DNA of 50,972 bases from a virus (lineage: Duplodnaviria; Caudoviricetes), in IMG/VR virus record IMGVR_UViG_3300026191_000002, positions 1-50,972 of that record; one strand, written 5' to 3'. The translations under genes and the position numbers were made by a program. The notes under the pieces are model-generated. The model ran no database searches. It worked only from the letters and a program-made list of their open reading frames with translations, and had not been told where the DNA came from. This document shows positions 35,910-44,323 of the stretch, in pieces. Numbering within the stretch: position 1 is the first letter of the stretch; the number at the start of each line of letters is the position of its first letter.

Positions 35910-36475
35910 GCCGCTTTTTGTTTCTGCATTTCGCGTACACGCTTGCGATAATGCGCCTTAATGTCTTGTATTTGTTCTATGGTGTAGTTTTTAGGCTCGT
36001 GTGGACCTTCTAGCTTATCTACTCGCTCCTGCCCTATTCTCTTGACCAGGTTTATTCGGTAGCTAATTAGGTTTCCTGAAAGGTGCTGATTGCAGGGAAC
36101 GCACTGACGATGGCAATTATCTTCATCAAATCTCAGTTCGGGCGCACTTCCTACGCTTCGGTAGTGCCCCGCATCGTACTTGCCAGTGTGATACCTACCG
36201 CAACTGATACACGGCTCTTGCGCATCCCTTTCACGAATGTAGGCGTTGAACGATGCTTGCGCCTCCCGCAAATGAGCACCTTTAGTTTTGAGTCTTTCTT
36301 TTTTTGCCTTAAGTCGTTTCGATTCAATTTGCTTACCCTTTTTAGCTAGTTTAGAAACGTTAGCTGCCGCCCACTCTGCAAAACAGTTCTGGTCACAGAA
36401 GGCTTTTAGCTGCCTTAGTAGCATATCACTCTGCAGGCCCTTCTTTTTGCAGTGCGAGCAACGTCTATTCTTCAT
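35906..36475 (-). CDS. ninG: NinG/Rap-family recombination endonuclease
   Basis: AQ..FN.YIRERD...CISCG, DAGHYRSVG and NCHRQC..CN..LSGN motifs; start at MKNRRC. Confidence 0.9.
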   Translation of the reverse strand: MKNRRCSHCKKKGLQSDMLLRQLKAFCDQNCFAEWAAANVSKLAKKGKQIESKRLKAKKERLKTKGAHLREAQASFNAYIRERDAQEPCISCGRYHTGKYDAGHYRSVGSAPELRFDEDNCHRQCVPCNQHLSGNLISYRINLVKRIGQERVDKLEGPHEPKNYTIEQIQDIKAHYRKRVREMQKQKAA

Positions 36476-36839
36476 TAACCCATTCCCTTTGATACATTTT
36501 CTGATACCAATCTCTCGGCATTGGTATTGGACGCAGGTAGGAAAAAGAGCCAAGAAAAGAGCAACAGTTGCCACAATCACAAGGGTTTGCAGGGTTAAAA
36601 TTCTTATTGCACGTTGGATAACGCCTAATCTCACCTGGCTCAATTTTTAAGTCGGAAAAAACGCCAGTGTGAACCATCCAAGGGTGATACTGCTCCACTG
36701 GCTCTTCTCTCACCACTACACGTTTTACGTTAGTGAAATCCCACCCCCATAAATGCGCAAGCGACCTTGCCTCTGAAACCTTCTTCAAGCTCCCATCTAG
36801 CATGCGTACATAACAAACCGTTCTTGTTGGTGTAATCAC
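36465..36839 (-). CDS. Hypothetical protein
   Basis: Coupled ORF in the nin region. Confidence 0.65.
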   Translation of the reverse strand: MITPTRTVCYVRMLDGSLKKVSEARSLAHLWGWDFTNVKRVVVREEPVEQYHPWMVHTGVFSDLKIEPGEIRRYPTCNKNFNPANPCDCGNCCSFLGSFSYLRPIPMPRDWYQKMYQREWVNEE

Positions 36840-37282
36840 TGCTTTGCTCCCATATTCTCTTTACAAGGCCACGGCACAAAGACGCCAAGTTTTTCAACCA
36901 ATGTTTTATTTAAAATGTCGTAGATAGCTGGATAGTCAGTGCTACTTGCGCGTGTGGTTGACTTCTCACCCATGTACGCTTCTTGAACCGGTTTCCATAA
37001 ATGCTGCTTAACCGCTTCCATGGTCCACGGTATTTCTTGGCGCTTGCTCAACTGAAGCACTTGCCTTACGTCCATACCCTTGTCATTGAGCGCGTGAGAC
37101 ACCTGAGTTAGCCACACATGAAGTGCATTATTCTGTAACTGGCTTCTTTGCTTCTCTGTTGTGGTCTGCATCATTAGCCATTTGTTTTGATGCCACTTCT
37201 CACGCAATTCTTGTATGGCTGCATCTAGTGACTGTTGACTATTGATAACGCGGAATTGACCTTTCACTATGCCACCTCGCAT
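36836..37282 (-). CDS. NinB-like protein
   Basis: QRS..QN.ALH.WL motif, STT motif and V.WP end. Confidence 0.65.
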   Translation of the reverse strand: MRGGIVKGQFRVINSQQSLDAAIQELREKWHQNKWLMMQTTTEKQRSQLQNNALHVWLTQVSHALNDKGMDVRQVLQLSKRQEIPWTMEAVKQHLWKPVQEAYMGEKSTTRASSTDYPAIYDILNKTLVEKLGVFVPWPCKENMGAKQ

Positions 37283-37851
37283 CTTTTATAAGCCCGACCC
37301 CATTGGTCGCCCATTGCATCAGCAATACCTTGATATGTTGCGCTTCTTAGCTTCCCCCTGTCTTTGCTTGGTGGCATCTTATGAATTCTGTTTTCGCGAC
37401 CTTCAACAATTTCTGTGGACTCTAAAAGCGGCAAGCCTTTTAGCCATAAACATGTAGCTTTAGTTTCACCATGCCCAAACTGCCAAGGTTGAATAATCTG
37501 GTCTGGCTTTCTGTAAAGCGTTGACATAATACAAACGGGGTTTTCTATCGCGGTCATTGGAATGTGCTTAGAGCGCCTAACCAGCTTCATAAAAAAACTT
37601 GCGCCTGCGTATTGCCTACCATCCATCTTTTTTGCGGCAAAATGCCTAGACCCGCTGACACTAAGATGAGTGCAAGGTGGGTGCGCCACCATCAAATCGA
37701 ATGGGTAATCGATAATATCGAAAACGCTACCTTCATAATGCGGCCCAGGCGCTTCAGTAGGAAGCAGGTCGCAACTTATAGCCTCATGACCTTTAGCAAT
37801 GAAAGCATCTCTTACAACTCCACTGTATTCACAAGCAACTAAAACTTTCAC
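37267..37851 (-). CDS. Putative DNA cytosine methyltransferase-like protein
   Basis: KVLVACEYSG, SCDL, HPPCT and IENP motifs; GTG start at 37851. Confidence 0.7.
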   Translation of the reverse strand: MKVLVACEYSGVVRDAFIAKGHEAISCDLLPTEAPGPHYEGSVFDIIDYPFDLMVAHPPCTHLSVSGSRHFAAKKMDGRQYAGASFFMKLVRRSKHIPMTAIENPVCIMSTLYRKPDQIIQPWQFGHGETKATCLWLKGLPLLESTEIVEGRENRIHKMPPSKDRGKLRSATYQGIADAMGDQWGRAYKRCEVA

Positions 37852-38024
37852 GCCTCTAACTCCTTCCAAATCTGGTTAAAGTGGTCCTGGTCATTCAATG
37901 CTAAAGCGCTAAAGTCCTTTTTCTTTTCAATGGCACGAAGAGTATCGCCTCTGCGCTTTACTTTAGGGTGAGCGGTTTCTCTTGCCAGGGTGCTTTCGCG
38001 GTGTTCTTTTTGAATGGGGGTCAT
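37848..38024 (-). CDS. Small hypothetical protein (58 aa, not in track)
   Basis: MTPIQKEHRE...WKELEA; 4-bp overlaps at both ends. Confidence 0.6.
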   Translation of the reverse strand: MTPIQKEHRESTLARETAHPKVKRRGDTLRAIEKKKDFSALALNDQDHFNQIWKELEA

Positions 38025-38605
38025 GCCACTACTCCTAACTCTAATTGGCGCTTAAATGGAATTGAGATAGAGTTTTCAACTTGATTACCAAACACATCCC
38101 ATCCGGGCGTTTGCTTTCTTGCAAACATTTCTAGGCGAGGAACGTCACCACATAGCTTTTCAATGGCTTCTCTAAATGCCTGCGGTTTTTCTGAATGTTC
38201 ACCAACTTTGGCGCGGATGCGTGAACGAACTGAACGGTCTTTGATGATGTTGCCAGTTTTGCCGCGTACCGCGACTAGTGCCGATTCAGTTGAAGCGCGA
38301 GTGATACTGCCCATGCCAAAAAAGTCTTTGCCGTGCTTGGTTTCTTTATCCCAAACAAAGCCGTTCATGTTAACAACGCGGAAACCCCAAGCCTCTGCAA
38401 GTTCAATGGCTTCTTTTGGCATAGCACCCACGTACCACATGACTAGCAAGCAATCGTCTTGGCATATTGCTGGAATATCCCACTGCTTCATGCTTTCTAC
38501 GTCCATTACGTCATACTTTTGCGCTGCGCCCGATTTCATAGAGCCGCCTGTTTTCTTGCTGTTGAATGACCAAGGCGGGTCAGAATACAAAACTTTGTAA
38601 TTCAT
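38021..38605 (-). CDS. MT-A70 family adenine methyltransferase
   Basis: DPPW, AWGF, HSEKP and RLEMFAR..GWDVFGNQ motifs. Confidence 0.92.
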   Translation of the reverse strand: MNYKVLYSDPPWSFNSKKTGGSMKSGAAQKYDVMDVESMKQWDIPAICQDDCLLVMWYVGAMPKEAIELAEAWGFRVVNMNGFVWDKETKHGKDFFGMGSITRASTESALVAVRGKTGNIIKDRSVRSRIRAKVGEHSEKPQAFREAIEKLCGDVPRLEMFARKQTPGWDVFGNQVENSISIPFKRQLELGVVA

Positions 38606-38886
38606 GCTGCACCACCTAAAATACTGATTGACTCCAAACCAAACGGTAAACCTCTGGCCTTGCGCGACTTCGCAATATCTACCGGTGTGTAGTCGCGAAT
38701 GAAACTGGCGCGGTAACGAATGGTTTTGCCGTGCTCATTGTGGTCAGCTTCATAGGTAACACCGTTCTTGTTCTGCAAACTCTTCAATGTGTTACTTGGT
38801 CTGCTATCGCCAAGGTGTTCAGCTAGTTCTTTAGTGGTTCGCCACTCGCCATTACTGAAAGCGATTGCTTTTTCTATGTTGTTCAT
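38602..38886 (-). CDS. wHTH-like hypothetical protein
   Basis: TTKELAEHLG motif; coupled ORF. Confidence 0.65.
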   Translation of the reverse strand: MNNIEKAIAFSNGEWRTTKELAEHLGDSRPSNTLKSLQNKNGVTYEADHNEHGKTIRYRASFIRDYTPVDIAKSRKARGLPFGLESISILGGAA

Positions 38887-39134
38887 GCTGCATTCCTTTC
38901 GCGAATAGCCATAAAGCTTTTGAAAACGTTGGTGCGGCGATAGCTAGCCATTTTGGGGCAATACTCTATGTAGCCTTTTCGCTTCAGTGCCAGTAAGTGA
39001 CCTGAAACACTGTTAGGATTTACCCCAAAATGCTCAGCGATAACTTCAAACGTAGGAAAGTTGTCATTTACCTCAATGAATTTGTGGATAAAATCCATGT
39101 AGCTGATTTGCTTATCTGTTAGAACTGGATTCAT
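38883..39134 (-). CDS. LexA-type DNA-binding domain protein (no peptidase domain)
   Basis: LTDKQ...DFI..FI.....PT...IA.HFG...SV..HL.AL.RKGYI pattern. Confidence 0.8.
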   Translation of the reverse strand: MNPVLTDKQISYMDFIHKFIEVNDNFPTFEVIAEHFGVNPNSVSGHLLALKRKGYIEYCPKMASYRRTNVFKSFMAIRERNAA

Positions 39135-39862
39135 GCGGCCTCTCCCACTTCAAATTTTTGCCCTGAATTTCTCCACACTGCCTCTTTTGATTTGTAGCCA
39201 GTTCTACGACCACGAGAACTGACAACTTCGCAAAGGTCTTCAAATGGAAGCCAAGAAGCACCAGAATTTTCACAAACATCAACTTGCCCGTTTCTGCTTC
39301 TGCACCAGATTGCTAGATGCTCATAGTTAATTTTACTAAACGGGTATCTGGAACCAGCCTTATTGTTATATGGCGGGTCTATGTGCCAATGCGCGTTATA
39401 GTTAGGTATGTTTTCATACGAAGATTGTTGAATTTCCCACTGAGAAATTAACGGTTTTTGTTCGCAGACTCTGGCCTTAACTGCATCACCCCAAACACGA
39501 CAATCTTTTGAGTCGTTATATTTGAAGTACCATGGGGATATTTTACTTGTTGGTTCACTGCGACCTTTCGCAACCCAAAACTTGCAAAGCAGCTGCTGAC
39601 CTATTTCAAGCGCCTCAATTTCATCCTCACTCTTAAAGGTTGATGGAATAGCCATGATATCCTTGCAGCTCGAGTTAATGAGAAAATCCCAAAGCAGGCA
39701 TATGTTTTCAGAAACATCATAAAGTTTTGCTTTTTTGACGTTCCAGCGGGTCGAGTAGCAGGCAGAACCAGCGAAAGGCTCAATTACTAATTCACTCCGA
39801 GGGGCCCCCAAGTGTTTAGCTACTTGGTACTTTGCGCCGTAATAAGAGAAAAATGGCTTCAT
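39131..39862 (-). CDS. D12/Dam-like DNA adenine methyltransferase
   Basis: FSYYGAK, EPFAGSA and DPPY motifs. Confidence 0.8.
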   Translation of the reverse strand: MKPFFSYYGAKYQVAKHLGAPRSELVIEPFAGSACYSTRWNVKKAKLYDVSENICLLWDFLINSSCKDIMAIPSTFKSEDEIEALEIGQQLLCKFWVAKGRSEPTSKISPWYFKYNDSKDCRVWGDAVKARVCEQKPLISQWEIQQSSYENIPNYNAHWHIDPPYNNKAGSRYPFSKINYEHLAIWCRSRNGQVDVCENSGASWLPFEDLCEVVSSRGRRTGYKSKEAVWRNSGQKFEVGEAA

Positions 39863-40443
39863 GCCTGCTTCCTCGCTCTAAAATCTTCTAGCCCTTTTTC
39901 AAGGTTTGCGAATGCTGATGCCTTCTCAGCCTTGCTGCGCTGAATGTCTTCAATGCCGGCAATATGGTTTGGCAATGCTTCAAGCGGTGACTTTTCAAAA
40001 TCTACGTAGGTGGAAACGAACTGCTTTTGTAGAAAATCAAGTTGCTGTGTCGTTTTCCCGCAGATAAACGGCCATCCACCCAGGGCGCTTATCGTTGCCG
40101 TGGTGAGTGGGTCTTTAAATGTTGGCGTTCGATAGGCGCCGCAACTCGTAATGGCTTTAGTCACGTTCAGCCATTGCATTTCAGCTTTGGTTTTAAGGTT
40201 TTCGAGTTGCTCTTTTTCACCACAAGCAAGAAACCTGATTACATCGGCTGGCTTTGGTTGGAATTGGCCGCGTTCAGGGTCAGAAATATGCTTCGTTAGC
40301 GCACGGCATACATCTGCAATGTCGTAAGGTTTAAGCGTTGCCCACCAAATATCCATGAGTTGTTCAGATACTTGCTTGACGCTGTAAATTTCAAAGGTGC
40401 CGTGAATAGCACTGGCGAAACGTGAACGGTCTTCAGTCTGCAT
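39859..40443 (-). CDS. Replication accessory protein (DUF6475-like, gpP position)
   Basis: H...P.RGQF.PKPAD and F.DP.....I..LGGW motifs; follows the initiator. Confidence 0.7.
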   Translation of the reverse strand: MQTEDRSRFASAIHGTFEIYSVKQVSEQLMDIWWATLKPYDIADVCRALTKHISDPERGQFQPKPADVIRFLACGEKEQLENLKTKAEMQWLNVTKAITSCGAYRTPTFKDPLTTATISALGGWPFICGKTTQQLDFLQKQFVSTYVDFEKSPLEALPNHIAGIEDIQRSKAEKASAFANLEKGLEDFRARKQA

Positions 40444-40446
40444 GTG

Positions 40447-41187
40447 CTACTCCTTGTTTGCCCAGTTAGACATGACGCGCATGTTTTCTTCGCGTATGCG
40501 TTCTTGGTGGCTTTGGAAGGTGCGGTTAGGTTGCGCATTGGTTTTAGGGTGAACCGATTGCCAGCCATTCATGATGGCTTCGTTGATTAGCTCTTGTGGA
40601 GAATGACCGTCAAAGCGAAGACCGCTTAGTTTTGCAACTAGCAACTCAACTGCGTGAGTAGTCATTGGCTTTTTGATTTTTTTTCTGTAGCTAACGAAAG
40701 CATTCAGGCTTTCAAGAGAAATAATCTTTTCGCGCTTTATTGTTTCAATGACAGATTCAGTAATGACAGGTTCTATACTGACAGATTCGGGTGCAGATTT
40801 TTCACTAGGGGTTAGTGCAGATTTTTCACTAGGGGTTAGTGCAGATTTTTCACTAGGGGGTGGTGCAGATTTTTCACCATCTGGTGAATTGTTTTCACTA
40901 GGTAGGGGTGCAGATTTTTCACCACCAAGCGTCAAGTAGTAAACGTTGCTTGAATTGCCTTTTGGCCCCTTTCTTTCTTCCTTGCGAACCAGTCCTTTCT
41001 TGATAAGTTTATCAATATGGTTGATAGCACTACGGCGAGATATTTCGCAGACTTCAGCTATATTATCATAGCTTGGCCAGCACTCACCTTTGTCGTTTGC
41101 ATTGTCAGCAAGTTTAAGCAGAACCATTTTAGTAGTTGGGCTTCCAGCTTTAACCTGCATAGCTGAAAACATCATTTTAATGCTCAT
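40447..41187 (-). CDS. Replication initiator (gpO-like, N-terminal HTH)
   Basis: KMVLLKLADNAND.G.CWPS...IA..CEISRR motif; internal iterons; C-terminal NGWQS. Confidence 0.9.
   Translation of the reverse strand: MSIKMMFSAMQVKAGSPTTKMVLLKLADNANDKGECWPSYDNIAEVCEISRRSAINHIDKLIKKGLVRKEERKGPKGNSSNVYYLTLGGEKSAPLPSENNSPDGEKSAPPPSEKSALTPSEKSALTPSEKSAPESVSIEPVITESVIETIKREKIISLESLNAFVSYRKKIKKPMTTHAVELLVAKLSGLRFDGHSPQELINEAIMNGWQSVHPKTNAQPNRTFQSHQERIREENMRVMSNWANKE
40749..40922. repeat. Iterons (replication origin within the initiator gene)
   Basis: GTGCAGATTTTTCAC at 40791, 40815, 40839, 40863 and 40908, degenerate copy at 40884; three TGACAG at 15-bp period (40749, 40764, 40779). Confidence 0.88.
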
Positions 41188-41207
41188 GTGCCCTCCTAAA
41201 ACCTGGC

Positions 41208-41297
41208 TTGCTATATTTTTTGTATTCGCTCATAATTACTCCGAACTTAGTTGTTCTAAACCCCGCATTTGCTTTCCACGGCTAGCGGGGTTTTTTT
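41208..41297 (+). ncRNA. Putative OOP-like antisense small RNA unit (promoter plus terminator)
   Basis: TTGCTA-17 bp-CATAAT (41208-41236) then AAACCCCGC..GCGGGG-T7 (41258-41297). Confidence 0.6.
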
Positions 41298-41299
41298 AT

Positions 41300-42020
41300 T
41301 GGTGTAACAGACCTCCCAGCCTGCTTGGTCGGGGTTAACGTGATTAGCGCTTCACGCTTGACCGACTAGGTAGGATCAACACTTACGGCGCTACCTCGTT
41401 CCTCCGTAAGCATCAGACCGATATACTGCGTCACCCAGTTAAAGCGCGGCCGCAAATGTGCAACCCTTACGCTTTGATGTGCAGATCTCTGCTACGGCTT
41501 TACCGCCCCAGCATTTGGGCAAAGCAACTGCACTCAAAACGCCCTACACTTTCGCAGTAGGCGCGGCCATGGTCGTCACCTTGGCGCCAACTCGGATGAA
41601 TAAGCCCTATTGCTTACCGTTACCGATACTAGAAAGCGTTGCCGGTGCCTCGTCTTATCCGAACGTTCTCTGGCCCATGGCTTTGTCGGTTAATTCCGTG
41701 GGGTTTATAGTGGGCACCCTCATTCGCCCACAGCCAGCAGCAATAACGCTTTGATGAATGACTGACCGATACCACACTGACCAAGCTCATTACCCGTTAG
41801 GGCGCTTCTTGCGTTACATCCCTAGCAGTCATTCTCAAAACGCCTTGTCTCTCCAAGTGTCACCTTTGTCTTTCGCCGCTAGCTAAGGTCGCTAACCATG
41901 TCCGAGTAGCCCAACACTCTTATGACTTCTGCTTCGTTTATCTGAATGTCCTCGCAATACGGAAGAGGATTGCTCAGGCGGTACATTCAGGACGTTTAAA
42001 GCGCAACATCAAACGCTTAC
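41300..42020 (-). ncRNA. Putative structured non-coding RNA block
   Basis: No convincing ORF; many inverted repeats; two units with identical 11-nt flanks. Confidence 0.5.
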
Positions 42021-42022
42021 TG

Positions 42023-42196
42023 CTAAATTGATTTAATAAATGCACCTAGCCAAAAACTAACAGATGCGTAATAGGCTAAAGCTGCCAACTCAACCGCTAA
42101 TACAATAACGGCCACTCGAAACTGCCAGTCGGTTTTAAACTGGTGTGCGAAGCTGCGAAAATGACGTTTACAAAACCACGCAAATTCCGAACGCAT
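42023..42196 (-). CDS. Small membrane protein (57 aa, not in track)
   Basis: MRSEFAWF...VAVIVLAVELAALAYY; GGAG RBS and TAATG coupling. Confidence 0.55.
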   Translation of the reverse strand: MRSEFAWFCKRHFRSFAHQFKTDWQFRVAVIVLAVELAALAYYASVSFWLGAFIKSI

Positions 42197-42244
42197 TACG
42201 CTGCTCTCCGCGTTGGTGTAAAAGCTGGTTTTGGCTGTGTGCGC

Positions 42245-42415
42245 TTAGGGTTTATTGGAACTACTTTGCTCATGACCTTTATCCTGTTCATTCTGAGTTG
42301 GAAAAATAATACTCATGTTGCTTTCGTGAGTTTCGAAAACAGCATCCTCAACTAAGGTGATTGGAGTGCCATTAATCTTCACCATCTCACCCGCTTTTAA
42401 AGTAAACTGCTTCAT
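42245..42415 (-). CDS. Small hypothetical protein (56 aa, not in track)
   Basis: MKQFTLKAGEMVKING...; GAGG RBS. Confidence 0.55.
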   Translation of the reverse strand: MKQFTLKAGEMVKINGTPITLVEDAVFETHESNMSIIFPTQNEQDKGHEQSSSNKP

Positions 42416-42493
42416 TAGCACCCCTCTCTTGTTGCGTTAAATACAAAAACTAAATCAACGATTGTCAGCACTAAATAGGAAGTCAGCGCGAAC

Positions 42494-42850
42494 ATGAAAA
42501 TTGAACTATCAGAAGCGAAAGCAATTATCATCAGCATGATGAGCAGATTTAACGGGCCAGCTAGGCGCATACACTTTCGGCTAGTGCGTAATGATGAGTA
42601 CTTTGCGGCAGCGGCTTTAAAAAAATGGCCCATACTTCTTGGTATGCCTGTCGCAATTTTTGCAGCGCTTTTACAAGTCAAGAAAGTTGATAGTGAGATT
42701 TTTAATTTCATATCACTCCTATTACCCATAGTTCCTATTGCATACTTTTTGATGGACTCGCATTTCGAAGCTAAGCAAGTAAAGAGGCGAATAGAATTAA
42801 AAGCCAAACGACTGCAAGACATTGCGCTTTTAAAAAATCGGCAAGCTTGA
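42494..42850 (+). CDS. Two-TM membrane protein opposite to the early operon (moron-like)
   Basis: 118 aa with two hydrophobic helices and a basic tail. Confidence 0.6.
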   Translation: MKIELSEAKAIIISMMSRFNGPARRIHFRLVRNDEYFAAAALKKWPILLGMPVAIFAALLQVKKVDSEIFNFISLLLPIVPIAYFLMDSHFEAKQVKRRIELKAKRLQDIALLKNRQA

Positions 42851-42876
42851 ATTACTTTGCTCATGCTGCTTGCTCC

Positions 42877-43074
42877 TTACTTATTAGGGACTTTTGAGTC
42901 CCTCAAAATCTTTGTTAGTGCCATTGTTGATGGGCAAATGTCGGTTAATACAGATCCAAGACCTTCAAGCATTGCTCGTTGCGCTGCTTCCTCAAGACTT
43001 ACGCCAAGCTCGTCTGCATGTTTTTGTAGTAGTTCTAATTCTTCGTTACTGAGCTCTATTTTTTCTTCGGTCAT
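42877..43074 (-). CDS. Small ribbon-helix-helix-like protein
   Basis: IELSNEELELLQKHADELGVSLEE pattern. Confidence 0.65.
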   Translation of the reverse strand: MTEEKIELSNEELELLQKHADELGVSLEEAAQRAMLEGLGSVLTDICPSTMALTKILRDSKVPNK

Positions 43075-43130
43075 TATTGAGGGCCTTAAAAAGTCTTAGA
43101 TGAACCCTCTTCGGGTTCTTCGTTAATGCT

Positions 43131-43319
43131 TTAAGCTGCTGTACGCTCTTTACTTCCAAACGAAACAGACTCTTTTAGGCCACGCATGAAAATGTCACGA
43201 ACAATTACCGCTTTTTGTCCGCCAGTGTTTTTTACCAGCGCTTCAAGCAAGTCATTAACGTCATCATCTAAACGAACTTTGACTTCGTTCTTTTTGATTT
43301 TCCTAGGATCCGCATACAT
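43131..43319 (-). CDS. Small regulator in the cII position (RHH-like)
   Basis: MYADP..IKKNEVKVRLDD..GGQKAVIVR; GGAG RBS before ATG at 43319. Confidence 0.7.
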   Translation of the reverse strand: MYADPRKIKKNEVKVRLDDDVNDLLEALVKNTGGQKAVIVRDIFMRGLKESVSFGSKERTAA

Positions 43320-43335
43320 GGCTCTTATCTCCGTG

Positions 43336-43521
43336 TTAACTGGCTTTTTTAAGTTCTGGCTCTTCAGCTTTAAGCTTGCCGTTTGTGATCCGCTCAAGCT
43401 GATAAGCTCTCAGTAAAGGAATGTTTTCTTTCCATTCACTAACAGATGGCGCTTTTATTGATAGAGCATCGGCTACTGCTTTCACGCTTCCAAAATGCTC
43501 TATAACCTCGCTCTTTTTCAA
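43336..43521 (-). CDS. cro: Cro-like repressor
   Basis: MKKSEVIEHFGS..AVA.AL.I...SVSEW...IP..RAYQLE.IT.G.LK; divergent from cI. Confidence 0.9.
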   Translation of the reverse strand: MKKSEVIEHFGSVKAVADALSIKAPSVSEWKENIPLLRAYQLERITNGKLKAEEPELKKAS

Positions 43522-43522
43522 A

Positions 43523-43600
43523 AGGAACTCCTATTTTTAGTAGGTTTTCCAAAAGTATTAATCAAAGGAGTTCCTATGTCAAGTAATGTTAGGATTTCCT
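43523..43600. promoter_or_regulatory. oR/pR: four AGG-N4-CC(T/A) operators and the cro promoter
   Basis: Sites at 43523-43532, 43542-43551, 43566-43575 and 43591-43600; minus-strand TTGACA (43582-43577)-17 bp-AATACT. Confidence 0.8.
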
Positions 43601-43621
43601 AAATTATTTTATGGAACCTTT

Positions 43622-44320
43622 ATGAGTAACTTTGGTGATAACTTGAGACGCGTAAGAAGTGCGCTTAGGCTTTCTCAGTCAGCGTTTGGAAAAAAGGTGG
43701 GCGTGAGTGGGCCAACGATCTCAGATTGGGAAAATGATGTTCAAAAGCCTAGAGGGAGTAATCTTCTAAGCTTATTAAGTCAATTTCCTGAACTTTCGAA
43801 AGATTTTCCTGAGTATAATAAGATATCCAAGATAAACAGTGATAGCGCCAAATACATTGGCCATGTTGACGCTTGGGATAGCAATACAGAACTAGACGAG
43901 GATGAAGTAGAAGTGCCGTTTTTCATGGATGTAGAACTAGCAGCGGGTGTAGGTGGTGAATTAGCACTAGAGATCCAAGGGCCTAAATTAAGATTTTCAA
44001 AGTCAACATTAAGGCGTTGTGGGGTTCAAGCTGAAGCAGCAGCTTGCGTCAAAGTTTCAGGCAATAGTATGGAGCCAAGACTGTTTGACGGTGATGTGGT
44101 TGGTGTAAATACTTTAGATAAGAAAATTATAGATGGTAATACTTACGCAATAAATCACGATGGTCTTTTACGGGTCAAGCGTCTTTATAGAATGCCAGGT
44201 GGGGGAGTCAGAGTTAATTCAATGAACGGGCAAGAGTACCCAGATGAACATTACACAGAGCAAGAGGCCAAAAGCATCAACATTGTTGGAAAGGTCTTTT
44301 GGCACAGTTCAATATGGTAG
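43622..44320 (+). CDS. cI: CI-like repressor (HTH plus S24 peptidase)
   Basis: SQ..F...VGVS..TISDWE HTH; LAAG cleavage site; GNSMEP and VKRL catalytic motifs. Confidence 0.95.
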   Translation: MSNFGDNLRRVRSALRLSQSAFGKKVGVSGPTISDWENDVQKPRGSNLLSLLSQFPELSKDFPEYNKISKINSDSAKYIGHVDAWDSNTELDEDEVEVPFFMDVELAAGVGGELALEIQGPKLRFSKSTLRRCGVQAEAAACVKVSGNSMEPRLFDGDVVGVNTLDKKIIDGNTYAINHDGLLRVKRLYRMPGGGVRVNSMNGQEYPDEHYTEQEAKSINIVGKVFWHSSIW

Positions 44321-44323
44321 CTT

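Noticed and set aside
36476-36643. N-terminal extension of NinG
   Set aside because: It overlaps the upstream gene; the family-like sequence starts at MKNRRC.
40791-40922. Mini-CRISPR
   Set aside because: The spacers are only 6-9 bp and the repeats lie inside the initiator gene, as expected for iterons.
41458-41754. 98-aa plus-strand ORF
   Set aside because: GTG start without an RBS, no protein-like features, and it overlaps the structured block.
41300-42020. tRNA or hammerhead ribozyme in the structured block
   Set aside because: No cloverleaf with T-loop and CCA, and no CUGAUGA plus GAAA core, was found by eye.
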